Under the pieces are notes generated by a model that was given only the letters and a program-made list of their open reading frames with translations, searched no databases and had not been told where the DNA came from. Source: Nymphon striatum (taxonomy: Eukaryota). Taken from it: DNA of 55,334 nucleotides. The DNA is taken from positions 280,216 to 335,549 of the forward strand of contig JABFOP010000807.1 of NCBI GenBank assembly GCA_016618385.1. The letters run 5' to 3'. Every line of letters begins with the position of its first letter. Position 1 is the stretch's first letter. Of this stretch, positions 26,316 to 39,291 are shown one piece after another. The translations under genes and the position numbers were made by a program.

Positions 26316-26909
26316 TCAGTAGGGTACTGCATCGCCGTAACGTTCAGGGGCCTTTCTAGACCTCTGGGATCGACGAGGACCCTCGTTCAAAGCAACACTT
26401 TCAGCATTGGCTCGGCGTTCGGAGTGGTCCTCAGAATGAGAAAGAGTTGGTAAATTTTCGACTGGCGAGTTGATGAATTCTGGTTCTGTTGAGCCTTGTG
26501 TAATGGGCGAACTTTTAGGCAGAACCAATGAGTCTACTTCATCCTGTAGCTCAACGTCTAGCGTTTCTTTATTTCCGGTAGATGGAGATGGGCAAGGGGC
26601 TAGATCCGATGTTGTGCTCTCACGACCATCGCGATGACGAATGTGAGCGTAGGTCTGGTTAGCATCTAGAAGCATAACTTGGTCACATAATGGATCTTCT
26701 TTTGATCTGACAAAACGCCTTAGTAATACAGGCCCTTCAGATAAGAGCCAGGAGGGCATTGAAGACCCAGTCATTGCACGTCTGGGAAATTTAAATATCC
26801 TTTCATGAGGAGTTTCGTTGGTTGCGAGACATATTAGGGACCGGACTGAATGGAGAGCTCCGGCTAAGACAGATTCCCATTGAGATTCGGGCAGCGATCG
26901 ACTGTGCAA
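26316..26909 (-). pseudogene. Retroelement integrase C-terminal fragment (..NETPHERIF.. GSSMPSWLLSEGPVLLRRFVRSKEDPLCDQVMLLDANQTYAHIRHRDGRESTTSDLAP)
   Basis: The 197-aa ORF matches the conserved integrase tail of LTR/DIRS-type elements. Identical 85-bp direct repeats flank it at 26195-26280 and 26990-27075. Confidence 0.6.
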
Positions 26910-28584
26910 AATCAGTTTAATTGTCCGCCAAACCGTCTGGTTAATACGCTCATACTGCCCATTTCCTTGAGGGTGGTAGGGTGAAGAATAGTAATTAGAA
27001 TAGGTGAATAAAATTAAAGTTGCAAGAGGGGTCTACTGAGCAGTGAGCAGCAGTGAGAATCCTCACATGGTATCGTTAGAAGCGCTATTTAAAACACTTT
27101 AAGAATATGTAATTCCGCATTTTGGGGGCATTTGGCCAAACAGAAATATAGACTTATTCGTAAATGGAGGCTGTTTGCCTTTAACATTTAATTAGTTGCA
27201 TTCGATTTAACTAAAAGTAAAAATATATTTTAATTTTTGGGTGAACGACACAAATAAACCGATACCGTAAAGGCTCATCCGGAGTCGTCCTCCATCTTCC
27301 TATTTAAACTTTTAAAAGACTTGGAGGAAAAAATCAGCTGAAGTACACCGATTTCTCAAGAAGAGGTGAAACCCTCTCGTCTAAGCTGTAACAAAAAAAA
27401 ACAAGTAATGATGCAGTAGCAAAGACATGAAGCTCGTTTATTTAAAGATTTGCGGTCACTTCTTCTTTATGAGGTAAGTGTTTTGGGATCAGCTATAGAT
27501 TCCACAAATTTCCTACTTTGGTCTGTCTACTACACCTGTTGCTCCTACTATGACTGGTATAACTTCTACCGTTTTGTTCCACATCCTTCTGGCATTCAAT
27601 CTGCAGGTCCACTCAAGTACATTTAGCGGCCGTATGCGCGTTCCGATTTTCTCGGGGAAGGTGGGGGTATTTCCAAGGCAAAACTCGGGTGAAAAATCGC
27701 CGAGAAATCAAAAATACGGGAGTTAATTTTAAGATCGAACTCCGAGAAATTTACAAAAGGGGGAGAAATTGAAATTTTAACTCATTCTTATATAAAAAGG
27801 GGGGGGGTTACCAATGTCAGATGTTAGTTCAAAAAAATTTTAAATGTCAGAATTACTAAAAATGAGTAGTGGTTATCACCGAATGTAAATAAACCGGCAA
27901 AACGCAAATAATGTCACCAAATGGCATAAATCGCATATAAAATTGAAATTAGAATGAATTACCGTGCGCCACCATTAAGCAGAAAATAGAACCGAAGGCT
28001 CATAATTGTGCTTTTGTACAGGTGTACTTTTGTACAGTTGTGTATTGCAGACATATTCTTGGGTCTTATAAATTCTTGATATTTTAAATACTTTAAAAAG
28101 GGGGGTTAAAATAGTTTAATGTTTTGTCCACATACTTGCTGAGCTTCTCAGTAGCTTTTTTTCCGAATGTTGTAGTCGCTCGGGATTGATACATCTGTTA
28201 GGAAGCACCTTCTAGAGTTCTTTTCCTTGATGACTATGTCTGTCTTGTTGCAAGGGATGTGCATATCTGTTTGGATCTGCGAGTCCCACAATGCTGTTAC
28301 ATCCTCATTCTCAACTACACTATCTGGATTGTGCTCAAACCAGATGTGGGTTTGCACTGTGATGCCATAGTGATTGCAGATATTCAGATGAAGCTCAGCA
28401 GCTCCCTTTGTTGTGCCTGTCAAGATATTTGTCTGGTGCTAGAATTTGACACCCTGCCATGTGTTCAGTTGTTTCTGGAATCTGGGGACACAGCCTACAT
28501 TTGTCAGTGTCCCCTACATTCATAATATGTTTCCCGTAGTATCTGGTATTGAGGGCCGGATCCTGGGCAGCTGTAATCAGGTTT

Positions 28585-29190
28585 TCAGTCTCACCTTAAT
28601 AATAATAATGTTTATCACATAATAGGGCGGTTATTCTACCGATCTCAGTGGACATAAAAATGGTATAAACACACGTGTAAAAACGTTTTTTAAAACGATT
28701 AACTTCTTAACGGTGAGAAATGTTTTTAATGGGCAACCGATTTTAAGTGACAATAATCTTGAACAATGACAAATGACTCTTAATAGTTTTCGTAATGGTT
28801 TTCCACTTTACTCAGATGTTTTTATTGCATTTGACTTGACCGGGTCCCCATTTTAATGGCTTGACCGGAGGGCTTCAATAGTGTCATTTAACTTATTTAC
28901 GATCATTTTAAAGAGGCGACAGACCGGAAAATGTTTATAATGATTTGGCCAGAGGGCTCTTTGATAAAACCTTACACTTTTCTTTATACATTTGTTATAG
29001 CTGAATCTATTTTAAATTAATTTAAATTAATTTTCAAAGCTATCTATTGATTATGTGATGTCCACGTCGTATACAGAATATATGACGGGCACTCATCACG
29101 TATCCTTTATATACTTTTTTCTTGAAACCGGTCCCTATATTCGAAAGAGGCAACCCCCCCCCCCCCCATAAAACAAATCCTGGATACGGG
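28585..29190 (+). repeat. About 600-bp interspersed repeat family copy 1 (cacataatagggcg ... acgattaacttcttaacggtgaga ... C15 tract)
   Basis: It is about 88% identical to 33785-34315. Partial copies lie at 40020-40170 (+) and 43795-44100 (-). It ends with a poly-C homopolymer. Confidence 0.75.
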
Positions 29191-29749
29191 CATGGTTAAA
29201 GAGTTACAAGCAGTTTCCTTCGAATTATTTTACGCATTTTGCAATTATTTTTAAACTTTTAATGACTATATTTCATTACAGAATTAAAATAAATAGCAAT
29301 AATGATTATTGACAAATAGGGAGGGAATAAAACATTTTTGTAAATTTTTTAAATCTGTACTTATTTGACCTTTGACCTCTGACCATATCCAGCAGCTGTG
29401 CAACGCAAGACTCACTTTTCTGAATACGTCTTAGTATGATCTATTCAAAAATACCAAGCAGACACGTGGTCATTTTATGCAGATAAATCACCCCTGGATC
29501 TCATATCCAACGGTCACGAATTTTATATTCGGTTTATCACACAACCGACAGATAGCTTCAAAAATTAATTTATAAATTAAAATAGATTTTGAAATTGATT
29601 CAACTTGATACATGCAGTAAAGCTACACAACCACTCACACAGTAACAGGTATAAGGTACATTATAGGGGGACATTATAGGCCCCCGGGCAAAACAGGCAA
29701 AAGTTACAACCAATTATTGTTTGTGAAATGTTTCAGAGTTACAGAAAAA

Positions 29750-30330
29750 AGCAGTCAATCAGTATATTGTAGTTTATCACACAACCTTTGCTTTATTGCA
29801 TGCATTAGGGGGTTGTATATTTCTTGTATTAGGACACGTCCCTATATATATCGTATAAGAACACGTTCTATATTGGTGTCCAATTACAGACACAGGAAGT
29901 CTGAGATTTTGAATATTGCCTACCACGACTTTATTTTCCATTTTTTATACGCTGCTTCTCTAGTTTCACTTATCTAGGCATGGCTCATTTTTGTTTATAT
30001 CGTAATACAGCTTTCTCTCTTTTCTCTTTCTTTTTTTCTTTTTCTCTTCCTCTCTCTATTTCATACTTTCTAACCGAGTTCTCGGATTTCATTAAATGTT
30101 TGAAACTCAATAGCCTACATTTCCCCTTCTTCACAATTTTCTTCTTTTTTTTTTAGCTTGACTGGCACAAAATAAATCATTTACTAAGGCATTAATAAAT
30201 TCATTTTCGAAGCTACCTGTCGGTTGTGCGATAAACAGAATATAAAATTCGTGCCCGTTGCTTATGAGATATATGGAACTCGTAAGCAACGAGCACTCAT
30301 TCCATATCCTCTATATATACACACCTCACG
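29750..30330 (+). repeat. Interspersed repeat, paralog of 44885-46275, with an empty site for the TA-MITE
   Basis: It shares gtttatcacacaacc...ttattgcatgcat...ggttgtatatttcttgtattaggacacgtcc...(TC-rich tract)...cgtgcccgttgcttatgagatatatggaactcg. It lacks the 710-bp insertion seen at 44926-45635. Confidence 0.75.
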
Positions 30331-30772
30331 TTGCTGACAGGACTGACTACAAACTACAATTGCTTTGCACGTATATGACGTAGTATGACAGACGCTAAGA
30401 TTAGCACAGCTTTCATATCAGATTTTATATTAAATTAAATTAATGGCTGACTCGGTGTTCCCAATGTAACTTGTTAAAATTTAGGTTGGAAATTTCCATA
30501 ACATTTGTTGAATTTTCAAGAATCCCATTTATATAATTTTAAATCATTATATAATATATAACACATGTGCGTACTAGTATTAAAACCTATATCCAAATGG
30601 TTTGAATTGCTGTAACTAATGCGCTTTAATGCATTTCATAACTGCTGGTGTTCTGTGTTGGTTTAACTTTTAGCTGTTGGTAAGTTATCACTCTATTCAG
30701 ACTATTGAGTTTATTCTTTCTTTCTACCCTCCAACTTATTACTCCTCTTAAAAACCAATTTATATTGCTTTA

Positions 30773-31655
30773 GGGGCCATTCAGAAATTACGTAACGCCG
30801 GAGGGGGTGGGTCATGTTTAACAGAAATGTAGAAATCCAACCCATTATGACAGGAAATGTGGCCTTGGACCAAGTTGATAGATATACTTATTTAGGACAG
30901 CTTATCTCAATACACAGAGACTGGGAGCCTGAAGTGAGGCGACGTGTTGCCCTAGGTTGGCAAGCTTTCGGTCGCCTGAACAATGTTTGGCGCAGCATGT
31001 TACCTCTCTGCTTGAAGCGGAAGGTATATGATTAATGTATCCTGCCTGTACTAACATATGGGTCAGAGACCTGGGCAATTACAGATACCCTGTTGAGAAA
31101 ATTGGCGAGTGCACAACACAGTATGGAAAGAAGGATCCTAGGTGTGAGCTGGAGGGATAGAAAGACTAATAGTTGGGTGAGGACACAAACAGGGTGTAAA
31201 GATTTGACCCAGACAGTGAAGGGTAGCAAGTGGAACTGGGCCGGACACTTGTCCCGTAGAACAGACGATAGATGGACCACTAAATCCACAATTTGGATAA
31301 CAGATAGGGGAGGAAGAAAACGGGGAAAACCGAAGAGAAGGTGAGTAGATGATATAGCTAAGTTTGACAGGGATTGGGTGGATAGAGCTGCCGATAGAGA
31401 GGACTGGAGATCTAGACGGGAGGCCTTTGCTCAGCAGTGGGCCGGTACAGGCTGATGATGATGATGATGGGGGGTGGGGTGTCTGGCAACGTGTTACATA
31501 ATACCATCAAGGTTGCCAGATTGGCCTTTTTAAGGCCAATTTTTGCAATTTCGGTCTATTTTAGAGGGATGAGTTCATACTTTTGTTACGTAATTTTTTA
31601 GGGGGTTATGTCAATTTTGGCGAAAAAAGCATTACGTAAATTTCTGAATGGCCCC
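30773..31655 (+). mobile_element. Small TIR element (TIR ggggccattcagaaattacgtaa) carrying an RTE LINE 3' fragment: uninterrupted paralog of the 34646-42335 element
   Basis: 30773-30795 is the reverse complement of 31633-31655. The internal 30814-31470 is an RTE ORF2 tail ending in (GATGAT)n. Confidence 0.7.
30814..31470 (+). mobile_element. RTE-clade LINE 3' end (ORF2 C-terminus, frameshifted) with a (GAT)n tail
   Basis: ORFs 30814-31035 and 31093-31344 match the RTE/BovB ORF2 C-terminus (LGQLI..EVRRRVALGWQAFGRL ... QRSMERRILGVSWRDRKTN ... KWNWAGHLSRRTDDRWT). It ends in gatgatgatgatgatgg. Confidence 0.8.
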
Positions 31656-33784
31656 TTGTCTAGTTGATGTGCAAAGGGGAAACCTTTAATATTAAAGTTT
31701 ATTTTGAAACTACATAGATAAAATAAGATTTAGGGATTTTTAGGTGGAAGCCGATCCTTTCTAACAAATGTTTATGTAACAGAGGTGTTATTCGGTGGAT
31801 AACACCGCTTAATAATTGTGGAATTCGGTGCGGGTGTGTAATATCATCTCATTGGAATATCCTTGGATGGTGATAGTACACAGTAGTAGTGTGTATATCA
31901 TTTGGATGGAAAAAATAAGGTTATTCCTAGGCAATAATATTAAACAGTAAAGACAAAGATCTTTGATTATAATAATAATAGGAATCAAATATTCCTCCGC
32001 GCACAGTAACTGGACGCCATTGTTTTCTTGCGAGCTAAATACACCGAACGCTTTATTAAATATTATATATTGACATTATGATTATGAATTTCAACCAATA
32101 TGTACCATGATATTATGATGGTTCGCTATGTCGTGGATACAACCACTAAGTCTGTACGCTTGTGTTATAATTATCTTGAAGAAACATAATAAAAGTCCAT
32201 TTTTAAAGTTCCGTTTTTGGATATATATGCTAGTGTTGTTGAATGATCTGCTGTTGTCTTCTTTATCCTCTAAAGGGTTTGTATACCCATGGCAGTGTTG
32301 TTGAGAGCCTGTAATGTGAGATAGTGGACAGAAACAGATTTCGAGTTTGTACACACAATGCTATTTGGACGTCGCATCCCTGTGACCCAGTGTTCTTTGC
32401 AGTGTTTACAGAAGCAAGTCTCAGAGGAGTTTGAAAGTGGGAAACTCTTTGATTTACACATATTTGGGTGTGAGGAGTGAAATATGTCCATAATAAATTG
32501 AGGGCTCTTCTATATTAGTTAGATTTGCAGGAATAGTTGAGAATACAAAAAGTATGAAGGGCTATCATCGAGGAGAATGTAGTGAAAGGGAGAGGTTGCA
32601 GGGGATATTTTAAGCTAACCCCGGTTAGGGAACTTGGGAATGAAGAGGGGAGATGATGTAGGTACGGTACGTCCCGTGCCCGTCCCGTGGTACGTACGTG
32701 TGAGAGTATAAATCTATGGTGAGAAGAATAGATTGAAATAGAAAATAGAGGAGGAAATAAGTAAAGAATGCCAAAGTTTGTTGAAGAAAGATTGACTTGT
32801 TGGGTAAATCATCTATGTTAGCTAGAGGGTCACACACAAATATATATACAATTTACGCTTCAGGGCAATACAGATAATGCTGGATCCCATGCAAACAATA
32901 GCAAGCACCTATATATAAAATAGTCCGTCGGCTGGAGGGGCTCACCTTGCACCCCCCCCCCTAGAATCTACAAAGTAATGCTTTTCTGGAAGGTTGTTAT
33001 GTATATTTAATTATTCTATATATGTTACCAAGCGAAAAATTGGGTCTCACTAACTTTTCTAGGTAGTTTACATGTGACTGTCACCACGAAGTGTGCGAAA
33101 AAAAATGGGGGTAGGGGAAATTAAAATGACCATAGCTCCAAGTAGAGTAGGTCTATAATAATGGTTGACCCCTCAAAATGTGTCTTTGGGTCCCCTCTAC
33201 ACTTTGAACTTAGTTTTATGCAATTTAGATTAATTAGTAGGTCACCAGAAGGTCAAAAGGTCACCTGATTTCGGGGGTTGCTTGAAATTGGACACTCCTT
33301 CGTGAATTAAACTAAAAACAGATGATAACATGCAATATTTTTATTATAACACTTGGAATTCTTTATTTTATATAAGATTTGACAATTATAAATCACCCAT
33401 GTTTAATTATTTTAGTACAAAATACATACCTTTTTATTCAACGTCCTGTATCTCCATTTTTGGGACTCGGACGAACCCTAAGTTATTTTAGTGACTTTTC
33501 TCGTGGCGAAGAAGCCATTTGTGCGTGCATGTATGACTGGATGACCTCATGTCCGTAGCCAGGAGGGGGTTTTTAGGGTGCCAGGGCACCCCTCCAAAAC
33601 AGCCAAAGGTCCACTTTGAAAAATTACACTTGAATATGCACTTTTAAAAAATGTTTCAAAAATACATATTTTTGGATTCTCGCTCATTTTTGTGTTTCTG
33701 GTCAATTTTAATTTCCTGTCGTGAGCTTGCTTGTCCAGTTGAGCTGCAGTTGCAATTTTGTCCCTAGAACTTGTCATCATTGCA

Positions 33785-34315
33785 AATAATAATGTTTATC
33801 ACATAATAGGGCGTGTAAAAACGTGTTATAAAACGATTAACGTCTTAACGGTGAGAGATGTTTTTAATGGGTGGTCGATTTTAAGTGACAATAATCTTGA
33901 ACAATGACAAATAGCTGTTAATAGTTTTCTTAATGGTTTACCACTTTACTCAGATGTTTTTATTGCGTTTGACTTGACCGGGGGCTTCAATGGTGTAATT
34001 TAATTTATTTACGAGCATTTTAAAGAAGCGACAGATCGGAGAATGTTTTTAATGATTTGGCCGGGGGCTCTTTGATAAAACCTTACAATTTTCTTTATAC
34101 ATTTGTTCAAACTGAATCTATTTTAAATTAATTTTAATTAATTTTCAAAGCTATCTATTGATTATTCGATAAACAGAATACCAAACTTGTCCACGTCGTA
34201 TACAGAATGTATGACGGGCACTCATCATGTATCCTCTATATACTTTTTTCTTGAAACCGGTCTCAATATTCAAAAGAGGCACCCCCCCCCCCATAAAAAA
34301 TCCTGGCTACGGGAA
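33785..34315 (+). repeat. About 600-bp interspersed repeat family copy 2
   Basis: It is a paralog of 28585-29190 and includes a C11 tract. Confidence 0.75.
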
Positions 34316-35962
34316 TGGACCTTCCTATCATCCCATCCACCGATGACACTTCAACATACACACAGCTTTTTCATGCTGGATTCTACTATATTATCTTCTG
34401 ATATTTTGAATATTTAGCAATGTTCGTATAAAAGTACAAAAGTACCAACAAAGAAACAATAAAACGATAAAATAAAACGATCTTATTCAATGGCTGAAAT
34501 TGAATTAGGGCCTCGGATACAGTCAACAGCCGTCCTTAAAAGACTGAAGCTGATTTTTCTTTAAATCCAAGCAGATGTCTGAAGATTAGAGAGGAAAGCA
34601 CGAGAACACAACATTTTCAATCATTTATGCTAAATTATATACTTAGGGGCCATTCAGAAATTACGTAACGCCGGAGGGGCGGGGTGTCCACCCTAGTGTT
34701 ACAGAGGATTGGGGGTGTTTGGCCAAGTGTTACATAACACCGTCAGGGTTGCCAGATTGGCATTTTTAAAGGGATACTCCACTCATCGGGTGTAGAAAAA
34801 AAAATTCCCAATCCATGGTTATAGTACGTATCGCTGGCTGGGAGCAAAAACGTCGTATTTACCATTTTTTTTCAATTATAAGTCTATAGCATAATCTTGT
34901 TTGGCAATGAACATGGATTCAATTTTTGCATGGACGATGTGATTTTCGTCCTTGGGAGTGACACTAGAAGAGGGAAAAAAGATCGTATGTGCCAGAATAT
35001 TCTTTTATTTAGAGTGAAAACATATCGTAACTGAATTGTTTGTGTGAATTCTTGTAAATAAGTTATGATGTTTTTGCTCTCAGCCAGCGATATATCAAAC
35101 AACAATTCCTGATTTGTAAACCTTTTTTATCTACTTATTTAATATTTTTAAACGTATTTTAAAATCACCTACTTTGGATATCACGGCAGCTGCCCACCAT
35201 ACAACCGCATTTATTCGAGCCAAGGAGAGGGTAAATGATGGTGATCAGTTTCGGCTCGAATACATACGGTTGTATCCCTCCTCCACTAGCCTAATTCTGA
35301 AAAGTATCCTCATCACTCGACGAATATATATAAGCGTCAGCCATCTTGATGAACTACTGAGCATTGAATGCACGTCACATATGACGTAACAGTCAGAAAT
35401 GGATGATGCTGTGATATCCAAAGTAAGTGATTTTAAAATACGTTTAAAAATATTAAATGAACTAGAAAATATTTCAAAAAATCAGGAATTGTTGTTTGAT
35501 ATATATCTATATTTATAATTCTCAAATTTAGTTCAACACATTTCCACCAGGATTCCTTACCTATTCGAATGCTCGGTTTTCTCCAAATTCAGTCTCTCCT
35601 GAGTCGCGTAGATCCGTCAACTTCTACACAATGCATGATAACTAAGTTGGAGTCGTCAAGTTGAAAACAAATTAATGATTCCTCCGTTGTTTTATATTTA
35701 ATTAATTAAATAAAACTCCTCAAGGTTTCGCCTGTGGCGCTGCTATCCGGTGTATGGAAGTTGTGACGATTTCTATATTTTAGTATATTTTTAAGAAAAT
35801 AATCAAAAATAATAAATAACCATTGCCATGAATATATTAATAATATTTATAAAGGTTTACAACACTTATTTTAAGAAAGAACTAGATTTAAACTAAATAT
35901 AGCCGTGTAAAATGTTGATGGTTCAATTCATACTGTAGCCATATGTTAATTTTTTCCCCGTA

Positions 35963-38900
35963 TAGTCCGGCAGCCAAACCCAATTTTAAGGCTTAACCCG
36001 GACTTGAGGTATTAACTTTTTTTGAATGCTGATATTTGTTCATTAGGACCTCTTCATTGAAAAACCAGATGATGCCACTTTGTCACCCTTGAGCAATTTG
36101 AGATAATTAGCATAATTAATAATGGACGCCAAATATTCATATTCCCCTTATGACGCCTGATACATTGCCACAGAAAGTATATAAATTGAATTCTAAACAT
36201 GTTTTCTTATCATTACTGAGTGAAAAGAGACTCTTGATCAATTTGGGATAATTAGCAGAATTCAAAATGGCCGCCAAATAGTCGTATTTTTATTTTGATA
36301 CCTTATACATTGCTATAGACAAGCATGTCAAGCTATATATTGTATTCGAAACATGTTTCATTATTATTACTGGTTTACATGAGACACTAGCTATATTTGT
36401 GATAATTATTAAAATTCAAAATGGCCGCCAAATATTCTTATTTACTCTTTTGATACCATTTAAATTTCTATAGACAAGCATTTCCGGCTGAAAATTATAT
36501 TAACAAGACATTTTATTACAAATGTTCTAAAGAAAATCTGAAGATTTTAATTAATCATATAAGCATAAATTTCTAGTCATCATCCTCGCTGACATCAGTG
36601 GGTCTTGTCATTCAATTTTGACAAGCATGGACCCTTGACAATTGCAAAATATAGTACATGAAAGTCCTGCCATTACATCCACATTTCTTTGAAATGCATG
36701 GTCCTATACTTTCGCAAGAACATTTAATTAAAGTAAGATATCCGAGATATCCTTAGGTGCGAAGGCCACATTGTCAGGAACAGTTATCGTTTGCAAGGTT
36801 CTTTCTTCTTTCTTGAATCCAAATAACTCTGGATCTAAACTGTCGGTATGAGGTCCAGGATTGCTTCCATATGCAGGCTTGTAAGTGGGCACGTTTAACA
36901 TTTTCCTTGAATGACTCATTGGTTGGTGGTAAGAGGTTAAACTTAGGTGTCCCAGTTTTAGTTTGTGCAGTTTTTGAAGCCCATACATCAAGTCTTACTT
37001 GTGACAATGACTCAGAATTAGGATTTCCATAACATACCAAATAAACTTAGTGGCATAAGGCAACACAGCTTCAATGTCAGAGTTAATGTCACCTAGGAGA
37101 TTTGGGTAGATACCAGACTTGGCCACTTTGAGAGCTCTAGTTTTGTCAATCCCATGACACTGAGCCACTGTGTCCCACCCTGATAAATGCATGAGTTGGC
37201 AAGATCATGTTCACATATGGTTTGTATTTCTTCACAGACTCCTGAATGTCAATGACACTACGACCTTTTTGTGGTGCTTCCATGTACATTCTGCTATTTA
37301 AGTTTAGTAAGTTGTAAAAGTTAAGTAGCAATACAAAGATATCAGTATCATCTGCTTCAACTTCAACTGACAGGTTACTTTCTGCTAACATCATTGCCTG
37401 TTGTACAGTCAGCTTCTTCATGTGATGTAGCAATGCAATGCCTCGTAACTACTTCTTTGTGAATCTCAACAGGAATTCCATCTTGGCTTGTTATAACTTG
37501 CTTTTCCTCTTGTGTGACTGCTCGTGGAATGATTTGTCACTTATTAGATGACTACCGATTAACCCAATCAGTTGCTTATTGTTTCCATCAACATTTAGGC
37601 TGACTTCTTTTGCTGGCAATTCAGAGTTTATCGTTGTGAGGTAGTGAATTTTACCAACACCAGAAGCTCTCCCACTTCGTGCTGCACTCTTTGTACTAAA
37701 GTTGAGATACCTATAAAATATTAGATACACATCACCATGTCTCAGTCTCCATTCAATAAGGCTCTTGAATCCAGCGCTTAAATCTGCTACTGTGCCCTTT
37801 GTTGGCCAGTTAGGAATCCAGATAAATGCTGATCCATCTATCACAGTAGCATCTATTAGAATAGTCCTAACAGATGTTTCCACTTGTAACCTCTTCAACT
37901 TCGCTCTATCTGTCATGAATCTTATAGCTCCTGAATCATTGAACATTGAAGTGGGCACAGGAGCCAGTTCATATGAAAAGAGGTCCTGAAGATTAAAATT
38001 ACGTGCACTCGCCTGAACACCAATTATTCTTGAATAAATCAATTCAATATCAAAGAGACGATCAGAGCCAACTGGAACATGTTTCTTCAATGTAACTAAG
38101 GTTTCAATCTTTTTATGAATAGTCCCATGAAATCCATTTGGCTAACTCTTTTCAAAGTTCTTGATTTCCCTTTCATCAATTTTCACAGACTCATGAGCAT
38201 TCACTGACGGAATGCAACCTGGCCAGTAACTACGTTAACTATTTCAGGTGGATGTTCATCTAGATTCAGTAGATCAAAACATAAGGAAATCTTCCTCCTT
38301 AAGTTATCTCTGTCTCTGCCATCTGAGTGAATGCTGGTATTGGACTCTTCATTTCAGTACTGCTCATTTGTCTTTCCTTCTGTAAGATTAGATACACCAT
38401 TTTCCAACTGGCTGCAGATGTGTAAGCTCAAAGCCCACATCTTCAGTGTGTTTGGTTTCAGTGTTACACCAATGATCACACTTTGACCTTTCCCGTAGCG
38501 CATAAATGTTGCCTCTATGAATTGATCACTCCAAATACTGTTCCAAATGCCGTCTCTGTCTCCATGCATTTCATAGAAATGTGGATGTAATGGCAGGACT
38601 TTCATGTACTATATTTTACAATTGTCAAGGGTCCATGCTTGTCAAAATTGAATGACAAGACCCACTGATGTTAGCGAAGATGATGATTAGAAATTTATGC
38701 TTATGTGATAAACTAAAATCTTCAGGTTTTCTTTAGAACATTTGTAATAAAATGTCTTCTTAATATAATTTTCAGCCGGAAATGCTTGTTTATAGAAATT
38801 TAAATGGTATCAAAAGAGTAAATAAGAATATTTGGCGGCCATTTTGAATTTTAATAATTATCACAAATATGGCTAGTGTCTCATTTAAACCAGTAATGAT

Positions 38901-39291
38901 AATAAAACATGTTTCGAATACAATATATAGCTTGACATGCTTGTCTATAGCAATGTATAAGGTATTAAAATAAAAATACGACTATTTGGCGGCCATTTTG
39001 AATTCTGCTAATTATCCCAAATTGATCAAGAGTCTCTTTTTACTCAGTAATGATAAGAAAACATGTTTAGAATTCAATTTATTTACTTTCTGTGGCAATG
39101 TATCAGGCGTCATAAGGGGAATATGAATATTTGGCGTCCATTATTAATTATGCTAATTATCTCAAATTGCTCAAGGGTGACAAAGTGGCATCATCTGGTT
39201 TTTCAATGAAGAGGTCCTAATGAACAAATATCAGCCTTCAAAAAAAGTTAATACCTCAAGTCCGGGTCCACCTCAGGTTCTGCCGGACTAG
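35963..39291. mobile_element. Long-TIR DNA transposon-like element: about 750-bp TIRs (35963-36720 and 38585-39291) with three subterminal tandem about 120-bp repeats (..aaatggccgccaaata..), termini tagtccggcag, possible 3-bp target-site duplication (TSD) GTA
   Basis: The arms are reverse complements over about 700 bp. Both flanks read GTA immediately outside the termini. The interior holds a minus-strand nuclease pseudogene. Confidence 0.75.
36728..38605 (-). pseudogene. FEN1/XPG-like (PIN-fold 5'-nuclease) family ORF, frameshifted, inside the long-TIR element
   Basis: Overlapping minus ORFs (37491-38090, 37146-37433, 36774-37040) encode IDATVIDGSAFIW, GDVYLIFYRY, EADDTDIFVLLL and a C-terminal NLLPPTNESFKENVKRAHLQ. 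It is a paralog of the + ORF at 40772-41997. Confidence 0.6.

Larger units (their letters stand above)
24575..28082. mobile_element. Large inverted-repeat element: about 560-bp terminal inverted arms (24575-25138 and 27606-28082) enclosing about 2.5 kb
   Basis: The arms are reverse complements with about 90% identity. The interior has a (GT)11 microsatellite, 85-bp direct repeats and an integrase remnant. Confidence 0.75.

Noticed and set aside
32270-32491. Cys-rich minus-strand ORF (CKSKSFPLS...CFCKHCKEHW...VC) as a second THAP domain
   Set aside because: The spacing only loosely fits, there are no flanking splice signals, and the call is too weak to make.
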